A stretch of 64,000 bases of DNA, from the NCBI GenBank assembly GCA_963797095.1, contig CAWCNY010000004.1, positions 1 to 64,000 on the forward strand. Reading direction: 5' to 3'. Origin of the DNA: an uncultured Chloroflexia bacterium. GTDB lineage: Bacteria > Chloroflexota > Chloroflexia > QHBQ01 > JADMIH01. Every line of letters starts with the position of its first letter. The first letter of the stretch is position 1. The position numbers and the translations under genes were made by a program. The notes beneath the pieces were generated by a model. That model did no database searches, was not told the DNA's origin, and saw only the letters and a list, made by a program, of their open reading frames with translations. This document shows positions 30,901-40,021 of the stretch, piece after piece.

Positions 30901-31089
30901 GCTTCGATGTTGCAGGGCACCGCTCCCGATGGGCGAGTACCACTTGCGACAATCAGGTTTCGTGCGGTGCAAACAGGTTCGGTCGAGTTGCACTTCGCCC
31001 CACTCTCTCTCGGTTATATGCAATTGACAAATGGCGGCACGAACCTTCTTGCACAGACTTCCGGTCTTAGTCTGACTTTGACCCCGTAG
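27994..31089 (+). CDS. Secreted multidomain protein: SpoIID/LytB + LGFP-like + PA14 + dockerin-like + cohesin-like
   Basis: EYVKHVLPNEW...ALRAGAVAVK...DQVY (SpoIID); ADSGVRLWVD (PA14); GDLNGDNCVSVDD / ADLNNDGQVSATD (dockerin); VRLGDIVEVEV...YDP...LATIRFRA (cohesin); RBS GGAGGAG before ATG 27994. Confidence 0.8.
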   Translation: MGSARRTLGLPPFRLALCLLIIVATITVAAPNFFSLFVSTYGTVGTVQPVAAADTEPFAIEGWVTSYRSGTPVAGALVTVEGGPATTSDADGYFAFGSDEIAPLANTTNNEPALFSISVGAEGYSSWTIRSARYYLGDTLRLYSKLDTAGASPEVMTAAAPRRAGEVSTLPGTSGTVVPSAPLGQSSMASSDGITSSSVAPDAASWTPPSSIRVYRSATGEVDIVPFKEYVKHVLPNEWVPTWSAGALRAGAVAVKEYGWYWVYHGGKQAALGADVKDNTEDQVYDPNVSYASTDAAVEEIWAYALLRNGTLFQTQYCAGSYQADPTGDCPWSGPYMTQWGSAYYSDQGQTWDWILQFYYRDATLVPGAPGGGSAPPPPVSAPPPTAAPSFSVGQGATQPEVFIEAYNRNGGEARIGNPTGAVQWWLPYVSENNVLAQRFSGVDGDGRTWIVFDTLKSDVSGIKRAYLIEGALAEAYAEHAPPGPAWVGAPTCDPYTANALAGGMTSQGFAGGTLAWDGQKILFTTWPTQFTNWQASYYVGRPPESLAGPQVDLPGQPALVMDQLSPDIDWSPDEGVPKSMGLGSEDWSAQFSKQAPLDAGNYDITVSADSGVRLWVDNLLAINSWKVTTSHTDHTEQYNLDLDGEPHMLRIQYFSLGGAARLAFSMSKRDPMAPPTAAPSPTADPKTTGTAPVENPNGNAGLRVTVRWLGRPAPPSDSWSQPLTLLLSVPGNPTIVGMYAGSTDRNGVAIFSGLPEGTYDVHVKGLHTLQSARASVELLPNQSVDVDMKAQVEGDLNGDNCVSVDDFAIVQAMVGTNRDTPGWNPAADLNNDGQVSATDVSLLRSGFDKCGDISADNEFHTLSTDPAPTFEQQLAPWLDPDSMRHDLSLGLSASETSVRLGDIVEVEVYAEAGSQAIDGGSFILYYDPILLSPVDSKGNPTTNMEPGFALPSVLGNWIDGQVGAIGYSASMLQGTAPDGRVPLATIRFRAVQTGSVELHFAPLSLGYMQLTNGGTNLLAQTSGLSLTLTP

Positions 31090-31113
31090 GTAACACACGG
31101 ACTTTGTTGGTTT

Positions 31114-31155
31114 GAGGGAATTGGAAGCAAGGCTTCCAATTCCCTCGTATTTTCT
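31114..31155 (+). terminator. Intrinsic terminator
   Basis: GAGGGAATTGGAAGC-AAG-GCTTCCAATTCCCTC followed by T-rich tract. Confidence 0.75.
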
Positions 31156-31229
31156 TCAGTTACCCTCTTGTGGATGGGAGTTTTGTGGTTGGGTTCTACG
31201 GGATATGTCGTCTCGGTCGGTCGACAAGC

Positions 31230-31259
31230 TTGACTTGCCTGCATGGCCCAACTTATAAT
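31230..31259 (+). promoter_or_regulatory. Sigma70-like promoter for wzm/wzt
   Basis: TTGACT-N18-TATAAT about 95 bp upstream of wzm. Confidence 0.55.
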
Positions 31260-31354
31260 TCCTAGGTGTTTTTACCCAACCCGATACGCTTCGGTTGCAA
31301 CCGACCCATCTCAGGCACGTTATACCTTCATAACGAAACCGAGGTACTGCATAA

Positions 31355-32182
31355 ATGCTAGCACGTGCCCGCAGGTCTATTGATTACCGCGACCTGCTTT
31401 ATAACCTCGTAATTCGAGACCTGAAGGTGCGGTACAAGCACTCGGTATTAGGCTTCTTCTGGTCGCTGCTCAACCCGCTGTTGCTGATGCTGGTCTTCAT
31501 GTTTGTTTTCCAGCAACTGCTACGCGACAGCAGACCGATGTTCCACGTGTTCTTCCTGGCGGCGCTTTTGCCCTGGAACTGGTGCGCGACGACGGTTATG
31601 GGCACGCTCGGAAGTATTGTGGGCAATGGCCATCTCATCAAGAAGGTTTATTTCCCGCGCGAGATGCTGCCTGTTTCGGTCGTGCTGGCGAACATGATCA
31701 ATTTCCTGCTGTCCCTACCTGCGCTTTTCGTGTTTATGCTGCTGTTCCGTCCCGACGGTGCCGGGTCGCCGTTCGATGCGACCTGCCCTTACGTTTGCAT
31801 CAATGCCCATGTGCTGTGGGTGCCTCTGCTAATCCTGACTGAGGCGGTATTCCTGGCCGGTGTCGGCTTCTTTATTTCGGCTCTCAACGTGTTCTTCCGC
31901 GATACCAGCGTGCTCGTGGAGGTAGGAATCAACGCCTGGTTCTTTCTTACGCCCATTATTTACGACGCGCGAAATGTCGCTGGCGATCTTGTGAACTGGA
32001 TGTACTATCTGAACCCGATGGCGTCAATTGTGACGAACTTCCGGGAGATTTTCTACTACAGTGACTCGGCAAGCCCATCTCCGACATTCATGTTGCGCAA
32101 TTTGATTGCTTGCACTGTTCTGCTTGTCCTGGGGTATTTCTTCTTTATGCGCTTCAGCCGCAACTTCGGGGAGGAGGTTTAG
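31355..32182 (+). CDS. wzm: Polysaccharide/teichoic-acid ABC exporter permease
   Basis: RDLKVRYKHSVLGFFWSLLNPL, LIKKVYFPRE, FRD, LTPIIY, LNPM. Confidence 0.92.
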   Translation: MLARARRSIDYRDLLYNLVIRDLKVRYKHSVLGFFWSLLNPLLLMLVFMFVFQQLLRDSRPMFHVFFLAALLPWNWCATTVMGTLGSIVGNGHLIKKVYFPREMLPVSVVLANMINFLLSLPALFVFMLLFRPDGAGSPFDATCPYVCINAHVLWVPLLILTEAVFLAGVGFFISALNVFFRDTSVLVEVGINAWFFLTPIIYDARNVAGDLVNWMYYLNPMASIVTNFREIFYYSDSASPSPTFMLRNLIACTVLLVLGYFFFMRFSRNFGEEV

Positions 32183-32183
32183 C

Positions 32184-33689
32184 GTGGCGCGGACGCGAGA
32201 AGTACATAAGCAGGTTCGTACCAACGGCAATCTTGATGGCGAAATGCGCGCTCAGGATACGAAGGACTTGGCAGAACAGGAGAATGGACTTCTGCCTGAG
32301 GAAGACCGTCTGCGTAATGAGCTAACTCCAAATGATAGCACCGAGACGCCCGCACGGCAGAAGGTGATCAAATTCAGCAACGTCTCAAAGCGATTCACAT
32401 TACACCATGAGCGTGCGCGCTCGTTTCAGGACATTGTTGTGAGCCTATTTGGACTTCGGACGCCGTCACGTCGCGGCGTGGCGATGCCGCGACCAGCGCA
32501 CGAGATATTCTGGGCGTTACAGGAAGTCAACTTTGGTGTCTATGCCGGGGAAGCCATCGGCATTATCGGGGAGAACGGCTCCGGGAAATCGACGACACTG
32601 AAGCTGATCTCACGTATTCTGGAACCTACTTCCGGGAGTGTTTCGGTCAAGGGTAAGGTCTCGGCTTTATTGGAACTGGGCACAGGTTTCCACCCTGAGC
32701 TAACCGGGCGCGAAAACATCTTTCTGAACGGTTCGTTGCTTGGAATCCCACGGAAAGAGATGGTGGAACGATACCAGTCGATAGTTGATTTCGCGGAGTT
32801 GGACGAGTTCATCGATACCCCGATCAAGCACTATTCGTCGGGTATGGTGATGCGTCTTGGCTTCGCTGTGGCGATCAACGTTGACCCTGATATCCTGCTG
32901 ACCGATGAGGTACTGGCGGTAGGTGACGAGGCATTTCAGCGAAAGTGCCTGGACTATATCGCGGCGCTCAGGAGGCGTGGGATAACAATTGTTTTTGTGT
33001 CACACGCTTTGGATTCGGTCAGGTCGCTCTGCCAGAGGACGGTATGGCTCGATCACGGGAAAGTTGTTGCTGACGGTCCAACCGCCGAGGTCATAGATAA
33101 ATACCTCGCCTTTGAGAATGAAAAGCACGCGGATCGGGTGAGAATCGCTATGGAGTCGCGAAGCGATGGTGCCGAACCGGGAAGCACGAGAGGCACCGGA
33201 GCCGAGAATACTGAGGCTGGAAGCCCCACAGATGCGCGCGCTGCCAAGCGTGCCGAAATCACCGGGGCCACTTTCTTGAATGACGAGGGAAACGAGCACG
33301 AGGTATTTCAAACCGGGCAACCGCTGACGATACGGATCGCTTATGACGCTCACGACAGGGTCGAGAACCCGGTCTTTGGGCTTGCTATTTACACGCAGGC
33401 GGGCGTCCATCTGAATGGACCGAACACTAAATTCGCGGGAGTGGACATTCCTGCAATTGAGGGAACAGGTTATGTTGAATACTCGATCACGGAGTTACCC
33501 TTGCTGGCAGGCGTGTATGACATAACAGTGGCGCTCACAGGGGCCGATATCGGGGATGTGCTCGACCACCAGCACCGCGCCTACAGCTTCCATGTGCAGC
33601 CCACACCTGGGCTAGCTGAGCGCTGGGGCCTCCTTCATATACCGGCGACATGGACGTTCCATCCCGGTGACGGGGAACCAGCGGCGTAA
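32184..33689 (+). CDS. wzt: Polysaccharide ABC exporter ATPase with C-terminal Wzt_C domain
   Basis: GENGSGKST, YSSGMVMRLGFA, DEVLAVGDEAFQRKC, C-terminal Ig-like extension (NPVFG...LPLLAGVY). Confidence 0.92.
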   Translation: MARTREVHKQVRTNGNLDGEMRAQDTKDLAEQENGLLPEEDRLRNELTPNDSTETPARQKVIKFSNVSKRFTLHHERARSFQDIVVSLFGLRTPSRRGVAMPRPAHEIFWALQEVNFGVYAGEAIGIIGENGSGKSTTLKLISRILEPTSGSVSVKGKVSALLELGTGFHPELTGRENIFLNGSLLGIPRKEMVERYQSIVDFAELDEFIDTPIKHYSSGMVMRLGFAVAINVDPDILLTDEVLAVGDEAFQRKCLDYIAALRRRGITIVFVSHALDSVRSLCQRTVWLDHGKVVADGPTAEVIDKYLAFENEKHADRVRIAMESRSDGAEPGSTRGTGAENTEAGSPTDARAAKRAEITGATFLNDEGNEHEVFQTGQPLTIRIAYDAHDRVENPVFGLAIYTQAGVHLNGPNTKFAGVDIPAIEGTGYVEYSITELPLLAGVYDITVALTGADIGDVLDHQHRAYSFHVQPTPGLAERWGLLHIPATWTFHPGDGEPAA

Positions 33690-33692
33690 GCG

Positions 33693-35192
33693 TCAATTAG
33701 CTTCTTTTGCAGCGAGTTCGACCAGGGTACGGATCATTACTCCCGTTGCGCCCCTGATCTGCCAGGGGCAATCCTTCTCCAACCAGGCTGTACCAGCGAT
33801 GTCCAGGTGAACCCAGGGCGTGTCGCCAACGAATTGTTGAAGGAACATCCCTGCTATCAGAGCGCCTCCAAAACGACTTCCACTGTTCATCATGTCCGCG
33901 ATGTTGCTCTTAATCGAGTCGAAGTATTCAGGGAAGAGCGGCATTGGCCAGATACGCTCACCTGCGCGCCCGGCGGCAGCCAATACACTATCAAGCCATC
34001 CCTGAGGTCTTCCCATCGCCCCGGTGGCGGCAGTGCCGAGCGCGACCTTTATAGCACCGGTGAGGGTGGCAAGGTCAACTAGCCTGTCAGCACCCTTCTG
34101 GCGGGCAAGGTGAAGCACATCAGCAAGCACCAGTCGGCCCTCCGCATCGGTGTTCACAATCTCGATGGTCTTACGGTTTGCTGCCCGCACAACATCGCCG
34201 GGACGAGTGGCAGTTCCGCTAGGCATGTTCTCAACGAACCCCACCAGGCCGAGCACGTTCACCTTTGCGTGGATCGAGGCGAGGGCAAAGACTGCCCCCA
34301 CCGCAGCGGCAGCACCGCACATGTCGTATTTCATCCAGTGCATGTCGGAAGCAGGCTTGATTGAGATTCCCCCCGTGTCGAAGGTGACACCTTTGCCGAC
34401 AAAGGCAAGCGTTTGACCAGCTTGCGGTTCCGTACCACCATATTCCAACACGACCACTCGCGGAGGATTGGCGCTCCCCTGCGATACGCTTAAGAGCGAC
34501 GCCATCCCGGCCTCGCGAAGGGCAGGTTCCTCCATTACAGTGCATTGCACGCCCAGGGTCTCGGCCTTCTTTGCAACTTCCTGGGCAGCCCGCTCAGGCG
34601 TCATGACGTTACCCGGTTCGTCGCCTAGCCAACGCGCGAAGTTTACGGCCTCGGCAATCGCACGCCCATGTTGGAGAGCCTGCTCTTCAAGCTCGGAAGA
34701 TTCGCTCACCCATAGGCTGACCTGGGTGACTTCTCCTTTGTTCGGATGGTCCTTGTACAGGTCAGAATCCCAGAGGCCAGTTATTGCGCCATCGGCCATC
34801 GCCTGCACAGCAGTCGCCGAGTCAATGTCGGGAGGCCAGTCAAAGGCCAGGCAGACATGTCCTGCACGCTTGTTGCGAGCGTGGCGAACTGCTGCTGAAG
34901 CCAGCCTGCGGAAAGTGCGCAGATCGTAGGAATCGCGCTTGCCACTACCTAGAATAAGTACCCGCCGGCATTTGGTCGGGGAGGGATATATCCACTCTAC
35001 CTCGAAGGTGCCGCCCTTGAGAGAGCCACTGTCGACAAGGGACTGGACAAGCCCAGAGGTTGCAAGATCGAGCGCCTTTGCCGGGCCTGAAAGGCCAGCG
35101 CCCTTGCCGTGGGCCACCACGAGTAAGTCTGCTTCGATGCCGGCAATGTTGCCTGTGACCAGGCGCAGGGAGGGTGAAAGTTCTCCTGTCAT
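33693..35192 (-). CDS. pepA: Leucyl aminopeptidase (M17)
   Basis: GKGVTFDTGG.SIK, MKYDM.GAA, NTDAEGRL, HLDIAG. Confidence 0.95.
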   Translation of the reverse strand: MTGELSPSLRLVTGNIAGIEADLLVVAHGKGAGLSGPAKALDLATSGLVQSLVDSGSLKGGTFEVEWIYPSPTKCRRVLILGSGKRDSYDLRTFRRLASAAVRHARNKRAGHVCLAFDWPPDIDSATAVQAMADGAITGLWDSDLYKDHPNKGEVTQVSLWVSESSELEEQALQHGRAIAEAVNFARWLGDEPGNVMTPERAAQEVAKKAETLGVQCTVMEEPALREAGMASLLSVSQGSANPPRVVVLEYGGTEPQAGQTLAFVGKGVTFDTGGISIKPASDMHWMKYDMCGAAAAVGAVFALASIHAKVNVLGLVGFVENMPSGTATRPGDVVRAANRKTIEIVNTDAEGRLVLADVLHLARQKGADRLVDLATLTGAIKVALGTAATGAMGRPQGWLDSVLAAAGRAGERIWPMPLFPEYFDSIKSNIADMMNSGSRFGGALIAGMFLQQFVGDTPWVHLDIAGTAWLEKDCPWQIRGATGVMIRTLVELAAKEAN

Positions 35193-36253
35193 CCCAGTTT
35201 CTCGCTGCTGTGACCCGGGAAGATGCTGGACTTGGGATCGATGTAGTGCTTGGCGACATTTACCGCCATCGCGGCCTGGCCGTAACCGGTCGCAATAAGG
35301 TTCATCTTCACCTCTTCGGCGGCTATGTCGCCCGCTGCAAAGATGCCAGGCAGATTCGTTTCCATCCTGTTATTGACCACGATGGCGCGACTCTTCTTGT
35401 CCAATTCCAGCCCCCACTCTCGTATCGGACCGATATCGGCTTTGAAGCCCACATTCACCAGGATGGCGTCGATATCGAGGGTGATTTCTTCCTTGGTCTG
35501 GTTGTTGAAGATGACAACCTGCTCGACCTGCCCGTCACCGGCGACCGAACTGACCTCATAAGGGGTCAAGATCTGGACAGGCAAGCTTCGCATCTCCGTG
35601 ACAGAGCTTTCATGAGCGCGAAACTCATCGCGCCTGTGTATGAGGGTTATTGACCTCGCCAGGTCGCACAGATTTATTGTCCAATCCACGGCGGAGTCGC
35701 CGCCACCAACGATCAGGAGGCGCTTGCCAGCAAAGGCGGCCTTTTCTTTGACGAAGTAGTGGACTCCATTATCCTCGTATTTCTCAATACCGGCTACCGC
35801 AAGCTTGTTCGGGGCGAAGGCGCCGACACCGGCACAGATCACGACGCTGCGGGTGCGATGTTCTCCTCTGTTCGTTGTAAGCACCCAATTGTTGTCATCG
35901 TCGCGTGACATCGCCAGCACACGCTCGCCGAGGCAGATGGAAGGGCTCCAAAGGTTTGCCTGCTCTACAAGCATCTTTACAAGGTCCTTCGCAATAATCT
36001 TCGGGAACCCGGGAGCATCAAAGATGTACTTCTCGGGATAAAGGGCTGTTAGCTGTCCACCCGGTTCTTCAAGTGCGTCGATGATTTTGGTTCTCATCGT
36101 GCGCATACCTGCATAGAATGCGCCAAATAACCCGGTGGGCCCAGCACCGATTATGGTTACATCATACAGATCGCCGGAGCCGCCATCCGCACGGTCATCC
36201 TGATCTTGCCCTGGCACAGAAGCGCCGTTGCTCGAATTCGTCGTCAGAGCCAT
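35189..36253 (-). CDS. Ferredoxin-NADP+ reductase, TrxB-type (YumC-like)
   Basis: GAGPTG, GGQLTALYPEKYIFD, GGGDSAVDW, HRRDEFRAH, PGHSS C-terminus; lacks CxxC. Confidence 0.9.
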   Translation of the reverse strand: MALTTNSSNGASVPGQDQDDRADGGSGDLYDVTIIGAGPTGLFGAFYAGMRTMRTKIIDALEEPGGQLTALYPEKYIFDAPGFPKIIAKDLVKMLVEQANLWSPSICLGERVLAMSRDDDNNWVLTTNRGEHRTRSVVICAGVGAFAPNKLAVAGIEKYEDNGVHYFVKEKAAFAGKRLLIVGGGDSAVDWTINLCDLARSITLIHRRDEFRAHESSVTEMRSLPVQILTPYEVSSVAGDGQVEQVVIFNNQTKEEITLDIDAILVNVGFKADIGPIREWGLELDKKSRAIVVNNRMETNLPGIFAAGDIAAEEVKMNLIATGYGQAAMAVNVAKHYIDPKSSIFPGHSSEKLG

Positions 36254-36340
36254 TGTTCTCCTCCAAATGAGAGAGTTTAGATGGTATTCGCATCTATTAT
36301 AAACTATTGGAGGAGTACGCGCAGAGAATGGAGGCTAATG

Positions 36341-38632
36341 TTACGGAGCCTGAGCGGCAAGAGCGACCATTTTTGCGAGTTGGGCACGGTTCACGTCGCG
36401 TTCGGGTCCGAAGGTGCCGTCCGGAAAGCCTACGATGATCCCATGACTCAAAGCGGTTTCGACGTAACTGTAAGCCCAGTGGTCGGGTGGCACGTCGGGG
36501 AAGGCAGGGACGAGAGGAGTAAGCAGCGGCCAGCTCCTACCAAGCACCAGCATCTTGGCGGCCTGCACCCTTGAAAGGGGATTGCCTGGCCGGAAAGTGC
36601 CGTCAGGGTACCCGCCGATTACGCCGTGCTGGTAGGCGGCCTCCACAAAAGCGTAAAAGGTGCTGCCAGGCTCCACGTCCGAGAATGTGGGGGGAGCGGG
36701 TGCGTATGGCACCCAACCAAGGCCCAGCACGAGCAGTTTGGTGAACTGCGCACGCGTGCTGCCTTCGTCGGGTCTGAATGTTGAGTCGTCATAGCCGCCG
36801 AGCGCACCCTGGCAATAAAGGTAGCTGACATAGCTGTAAGCCCAATGAGTGTCTGGAAGATCGGAAAAGCGCATACCGCAAGGGCCAGGGGTCCAGCTGG
36901 CCGCTGGCGTGCCGGTTTGTGTTGGGGTAGGGGTCGCTGTGGAGGGGGCGATGCTGGTAGGGACAAGGGTTGGGGTTGAAGTGCGGTTCGGTGGGGCTGT
37001 TGGTGGTGGGGGAGGGGGATCTGAGGAGATGGAAGGGATCCACATTACGGCGTCGAACCAGACATTCTTACCGCTTTCTCCTGTCCAGTCGCTCAGGGAT
37101 ACGCGAGCAGGCGTGCCGCTGCTGAACAGGAACTTGCCTAAATTTGCCCAACTGCCGTTGCCAACATCTGTGATGGCTCGCTGGCTGGTGATTATCTGGT
37201 AGGTGCCATCGGCCGCGAATACCTGATACCTGGCAGCAGAGGTATCGGGAGTGTGATTGTCCACCCAGGGAATGAAAGCATAGACGTCATAATAGCCGCT
37301 GGAGGGGAGGTAGCTACTCCAGTTCGCAGAATTGTAGCTGCTGGCCTGGTTTATTACTGAGGTGGTTGCGTAGGTGCTCGAGTTGTTGTAGCCGTTGCCG
37401 TATATCCACCAGTAGTGTTCAGGATCGAGGTTGGATGGAGTGGCGGTGAAGCCGGGATCGGTGTTGTCGACCAGGGCGGCGCGCTGCGTGTCTCGCCTGA
37501 CGAGTGACATGTAGTAGGTCCAGTCCCAGAGGGGACCGGGGTCGGTGTGGGACTGGTTGGGCACCTGATAGTGGCCGATGATGTGGGCGCGATCCTTCTT
37601 GATAGGGTACTGTTCGGTTATGTCGCGTGCCAGAGCTGCCGATGACTGGTACATCGCCTCAGTGTACCAACCGGACTGGCTTTGATAACCTTCGTGTTCG
37701 ATGCCGATTGCGCGCACGTTGTAGTCCCAATTGCCGGCCTGGTAAGCGGTGTTGGCTTCGCGCACCATCTGGGTGATTTGCCCATCGGACGAGCGAATGA
37801 CGTAGTGGGCAGATACACCTGAGCCGGGGTTCTGGAACCATGAGATGGCAGAGGCATAGGAGCCCTCGGTGTCGTGGATTATGAGCGTGTCTATGGGTGG
37901 GTAAGGCCGTCCCGCCATGTAATTGTTGGCGTTGGCCGGAACCCAGAGAGCGGGCGGGTAGTCGGGACTGTCGGGGCTTTGTGCCGGCGGAGTAAGAGGC
38001 GCGGGCACGCCATCGATGCGCGTTGGGGAGAGCACGGCCTGCTCGCCTGTGGAGAGCGTCGCGGAGACACCTGACTGCATCGTGTTGAACACCTCCTGTG
38101 CATAGCCGTCACGCACCAGGGGGTCGGTTGCACCTGAATAAGCTGCCACTGTCGCATACCAGTCCGCTAATGTGTTGGATTTGCTTGTAGTGGATGGACT
38201 ATTACGGGATATGTCGTTCAGGAGGGCAGCACCCGCTTCAATGTTTGCTTCCTCGAAGGACCTGATAAATTCACGCGCCAGACCTGTCAGCTTCACGACC
38301 CGGTCCATAGTGCCGTCTGATCTGTCAGTAATATGCATTATTCCGAAGCCGTAGTCGACGGAGGGCGCACCGCCGCGCTGCTCCCAGTGTGATTCGACCC
38401 AACCAACCGACATTAAAACGGGCAGCGGTACGTTCCAGTGCCTGGAGGCAACTTCGAAGGCAGACTGGACCGTGCCCCCAGCGGGGGGCGTTGGCGCGCC
38501 GGCGGTGGCCGGGACAGAGCCGCTGCTGAGGGCAAGCAGGGTGAGCACAGAAAGTAGAGCCGCGCCGAAGTAGCGCGCCAACTGCGCAAGCGCACCGGTT
38601 TGGGTGCTGGAGGAACAGTGGAACAGATGCAT
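36341..38632 (-). CDS. N-acetylmuramoyl-L-alanine amidase (Amidase_2) with lysozyme-like N-domain, beta-sandwich module, Pro/Thr linker and 3 SLH domains
   Basis: IIHDTEG, SAHYVI, IGIEHEG, IIGH...HTDPG; three F.D...G..G..DGTFRP repeats. Confidence 0.9.
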   Translation of the reverse strand: MHLFHCSSSTQTGALAQLARYFGAALLSVLTLLALSSGSVPATAGAPTPPAGGTVQSAFEVASRHWNVPLPVLMSVGWVESHWEQRGGAPSVDYGFGIMHITDRSDGTMDRVVKLTGLAREFIRSFEEANIEAGAALLNDISRNSPSTTSKSNTLADWYATVAAYSGATDPLVRDGYAQEVFNTMQSGVSATLSTGEQAVLSPTRIDGVPAPLTPPAQSPDSPDYPPALWVPANANNYMAGRPYPPIDTLIIHDTEGSYASAISWFQNPGSGVSAHYVIRSSDGQITQMVREANTAYQAGNWDYNVRAIGIEHEGYQSQSGWYTEAMYQSSAALARDITEQYPIKKDRAHIIGHYQVPNQSHTDPGPLWDWTYYMSLVRRDTQRAALVDNTDPGFTATPSNLDPEHYWWIYGNGYNNSSTYATTSVINQASSYNSANWSSYLPSSGYYDVYAFIPWVDNHTPDTSAARYQVFAADGTYQIITSQRAITDVGNGSWANLGKFLFSSGTPARVSLSDWTGESGKNVWFDAVMWIPSISSDPPPPPPTAPPNRTSTPTLVPTSIAPSTATPTPTQTGTPAASWTPGPCGMRFSDLPDTHWAYSYVSYLYCQGALGGYDDSTFRPDEGSTRAQFTKLLVLGLGWVPYAPAPPTFSDVEPGSTFYAFVEAAYQHGVIGGYPDGTFRPGNPLSRVQAAKMLVLGRSWPLLTPLVPAFPDVPPDHWAYSYVETALSHGIIVGFPDGTFGPERDVNRAQLAKMVALAAQAP

Positions 38633-38713
38633 GGGTCGACCTCCCTTGCTCATGCCTTGCGAGCCGCCTTACTTTACAATAGAACGTGCCCAGACGCGGG
38701 AGGTTGCACCCGA

Positions 38714-39229
38714 TCACAACTGCGATTGCAGATACCTGGCGCGGCTATCCTCAATCAACACTACGGCGCGTTCATAGTCTGCCCAACCGTCCAATGTAGT
38801 TTCGACGTCCTGGAGCCGCTTGTATGTCTGGAAGAAGTTCTCGATTTCGCGAAGCCAGTGACCGGGTATGTCGTCCAGGCGCTTCGCGTCGGAGAAGCGA
38901 GGCTCGCCCAGGGGCACCGCCAGAATCTTGGCGTCCTCGCCTTTTTCGTCATGCATCAGGAGTACACCGATCGGGCGCGCAATCACCAGACAGCCCGGAA
39001 AAGTGGGCTCCTCGACCATTATGAGCGCATCCAGTTCGTCACCATCGAGAGAAAGGGTTTGAGGGATGAAACCGTAATCGGTCGGATAGTGAACGGAAGA
39101 ATAAAGAACGCGATCAAGCTTGATAACGCCGCGATGCCGGTCGAACTCGTACTTATTACGGCTACCGCGAGGTATCTCGACAAGAACGTCAATCGTAAAC
39201 TCATGAGGTGGTTGGTCGTCAGGGGACAT
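38714..39229 (-). CDS. ppa: Inorganic pyrophosphatase (family I)
   Basis: EIPRGSRNKYE, LDRVL, YGFIP.TL..DGDELD, D.KIL, FF..YK. Confidence 0.95.
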   Translation of the reverse strand: MSPDDQPPHEFTIDVLVEIPRGSRNKYEFDRHRGVIKLDRVLYSSVHYPTDYGFIPQTLSLDGDELDALIMVEEPTFPGCLVIARPIGVLLMHDEKGEDAKILAVPLGEPRFSDAKRLDDIPGHWLREIENFFQTYKRLQDVETTLDGWADYERAVVLIEDSRARYLQSQL

Positions 39230-39351
39230 GCTGTTCTCCTGTGCACTTCGTGCGTTGAGGGTGACAACATTGTAGTCGTGGACCAGCCAAACGGTCAAGA
39301 TTCGTTTGTCCTTGACGGAGTTTGGCTGGGTAAGCATTTGAAAGTGGTTGG

Positions 39352-39550
39352 GCCTACCCCAAAGCAGTTGGGAAGCTCAGGAAGAAGGGTACTCTACCAG
39401 AATGCTGCAAGCTGAGACCCATCAAGTAGTTGAATATCCTCGTTGAGCAGGACCATCGCTACCTCAAACGGCGAGTAAAACCTGGCATGGGCTTCCGGTC
39501 GTTTGACACAGCATGGCGAACACTGCAAGGGTACGAGGCGATGCATCAGC
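39352..39550 (+). pseudogene. IS6-family transposase C-terminal relic
   Basis: Hand translation AYPKAVGKLRKKGTLPECCKLRPIK*LNILVEQDHRYLKRRVKPGMGFRSFDTAWRTLQGYEAMH. Confidence 0.8.
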
Positions 39551-39960
39551 AGACGTTGAGCGCTTTTATTTCGTCGTGACACAGACGGGGCTATTGACCA
39601 CTCCCTCGGACATAATAGGCTTTGAGGGTTATGTCACTGGACCCTCGAACGCTTATGTAAAGTATACACGTGCCGAGGGTAGTGTAGGTGGAAGCTTGGC
39701 TATCGAAGGCAAGTACTACCAAAGATTCAGCAGCATCGGAGATTGGCAGAGCGTGATGCTACCGACACCCATCCGTAGGGACAACTCGACAGGCTCTGAT
39801 AGGTCGTAGCACCACGTCGACGCACTAACGAATAATCGCACAAGACAGGGTTGCACCACGATTATCGAAGGGTGGCATGACCGCGGATGGGAATAACAGC
39901 CTTCACAGGAGGAGGCGGAGCCCCGGCCAGTAAGCGTCGAAGCTTAGCGCAGACAAATAC

Positions 39961-39997
39961 CCAGAAAGAGCGGCTCACAGGGGACCGCTCTTTCTGG
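39961..39997 (-). terminator. Hairpin terminator downstream of 40022-42007 gene
   Basis: CCAGAAAGAGCGG-N11-CCGCTCTTTCTGG. Confidence 0.65.
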
Positions 39998-40021
39998 CTA
40001 CTACCAGACGTAAGAATGGGT

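Noticed and set aside
39513-39809. 98-aa ORF after IS6 relic
   Set aside because: Starts inside the IS relic; the remainder may be a gene fragment but I cannot assign it
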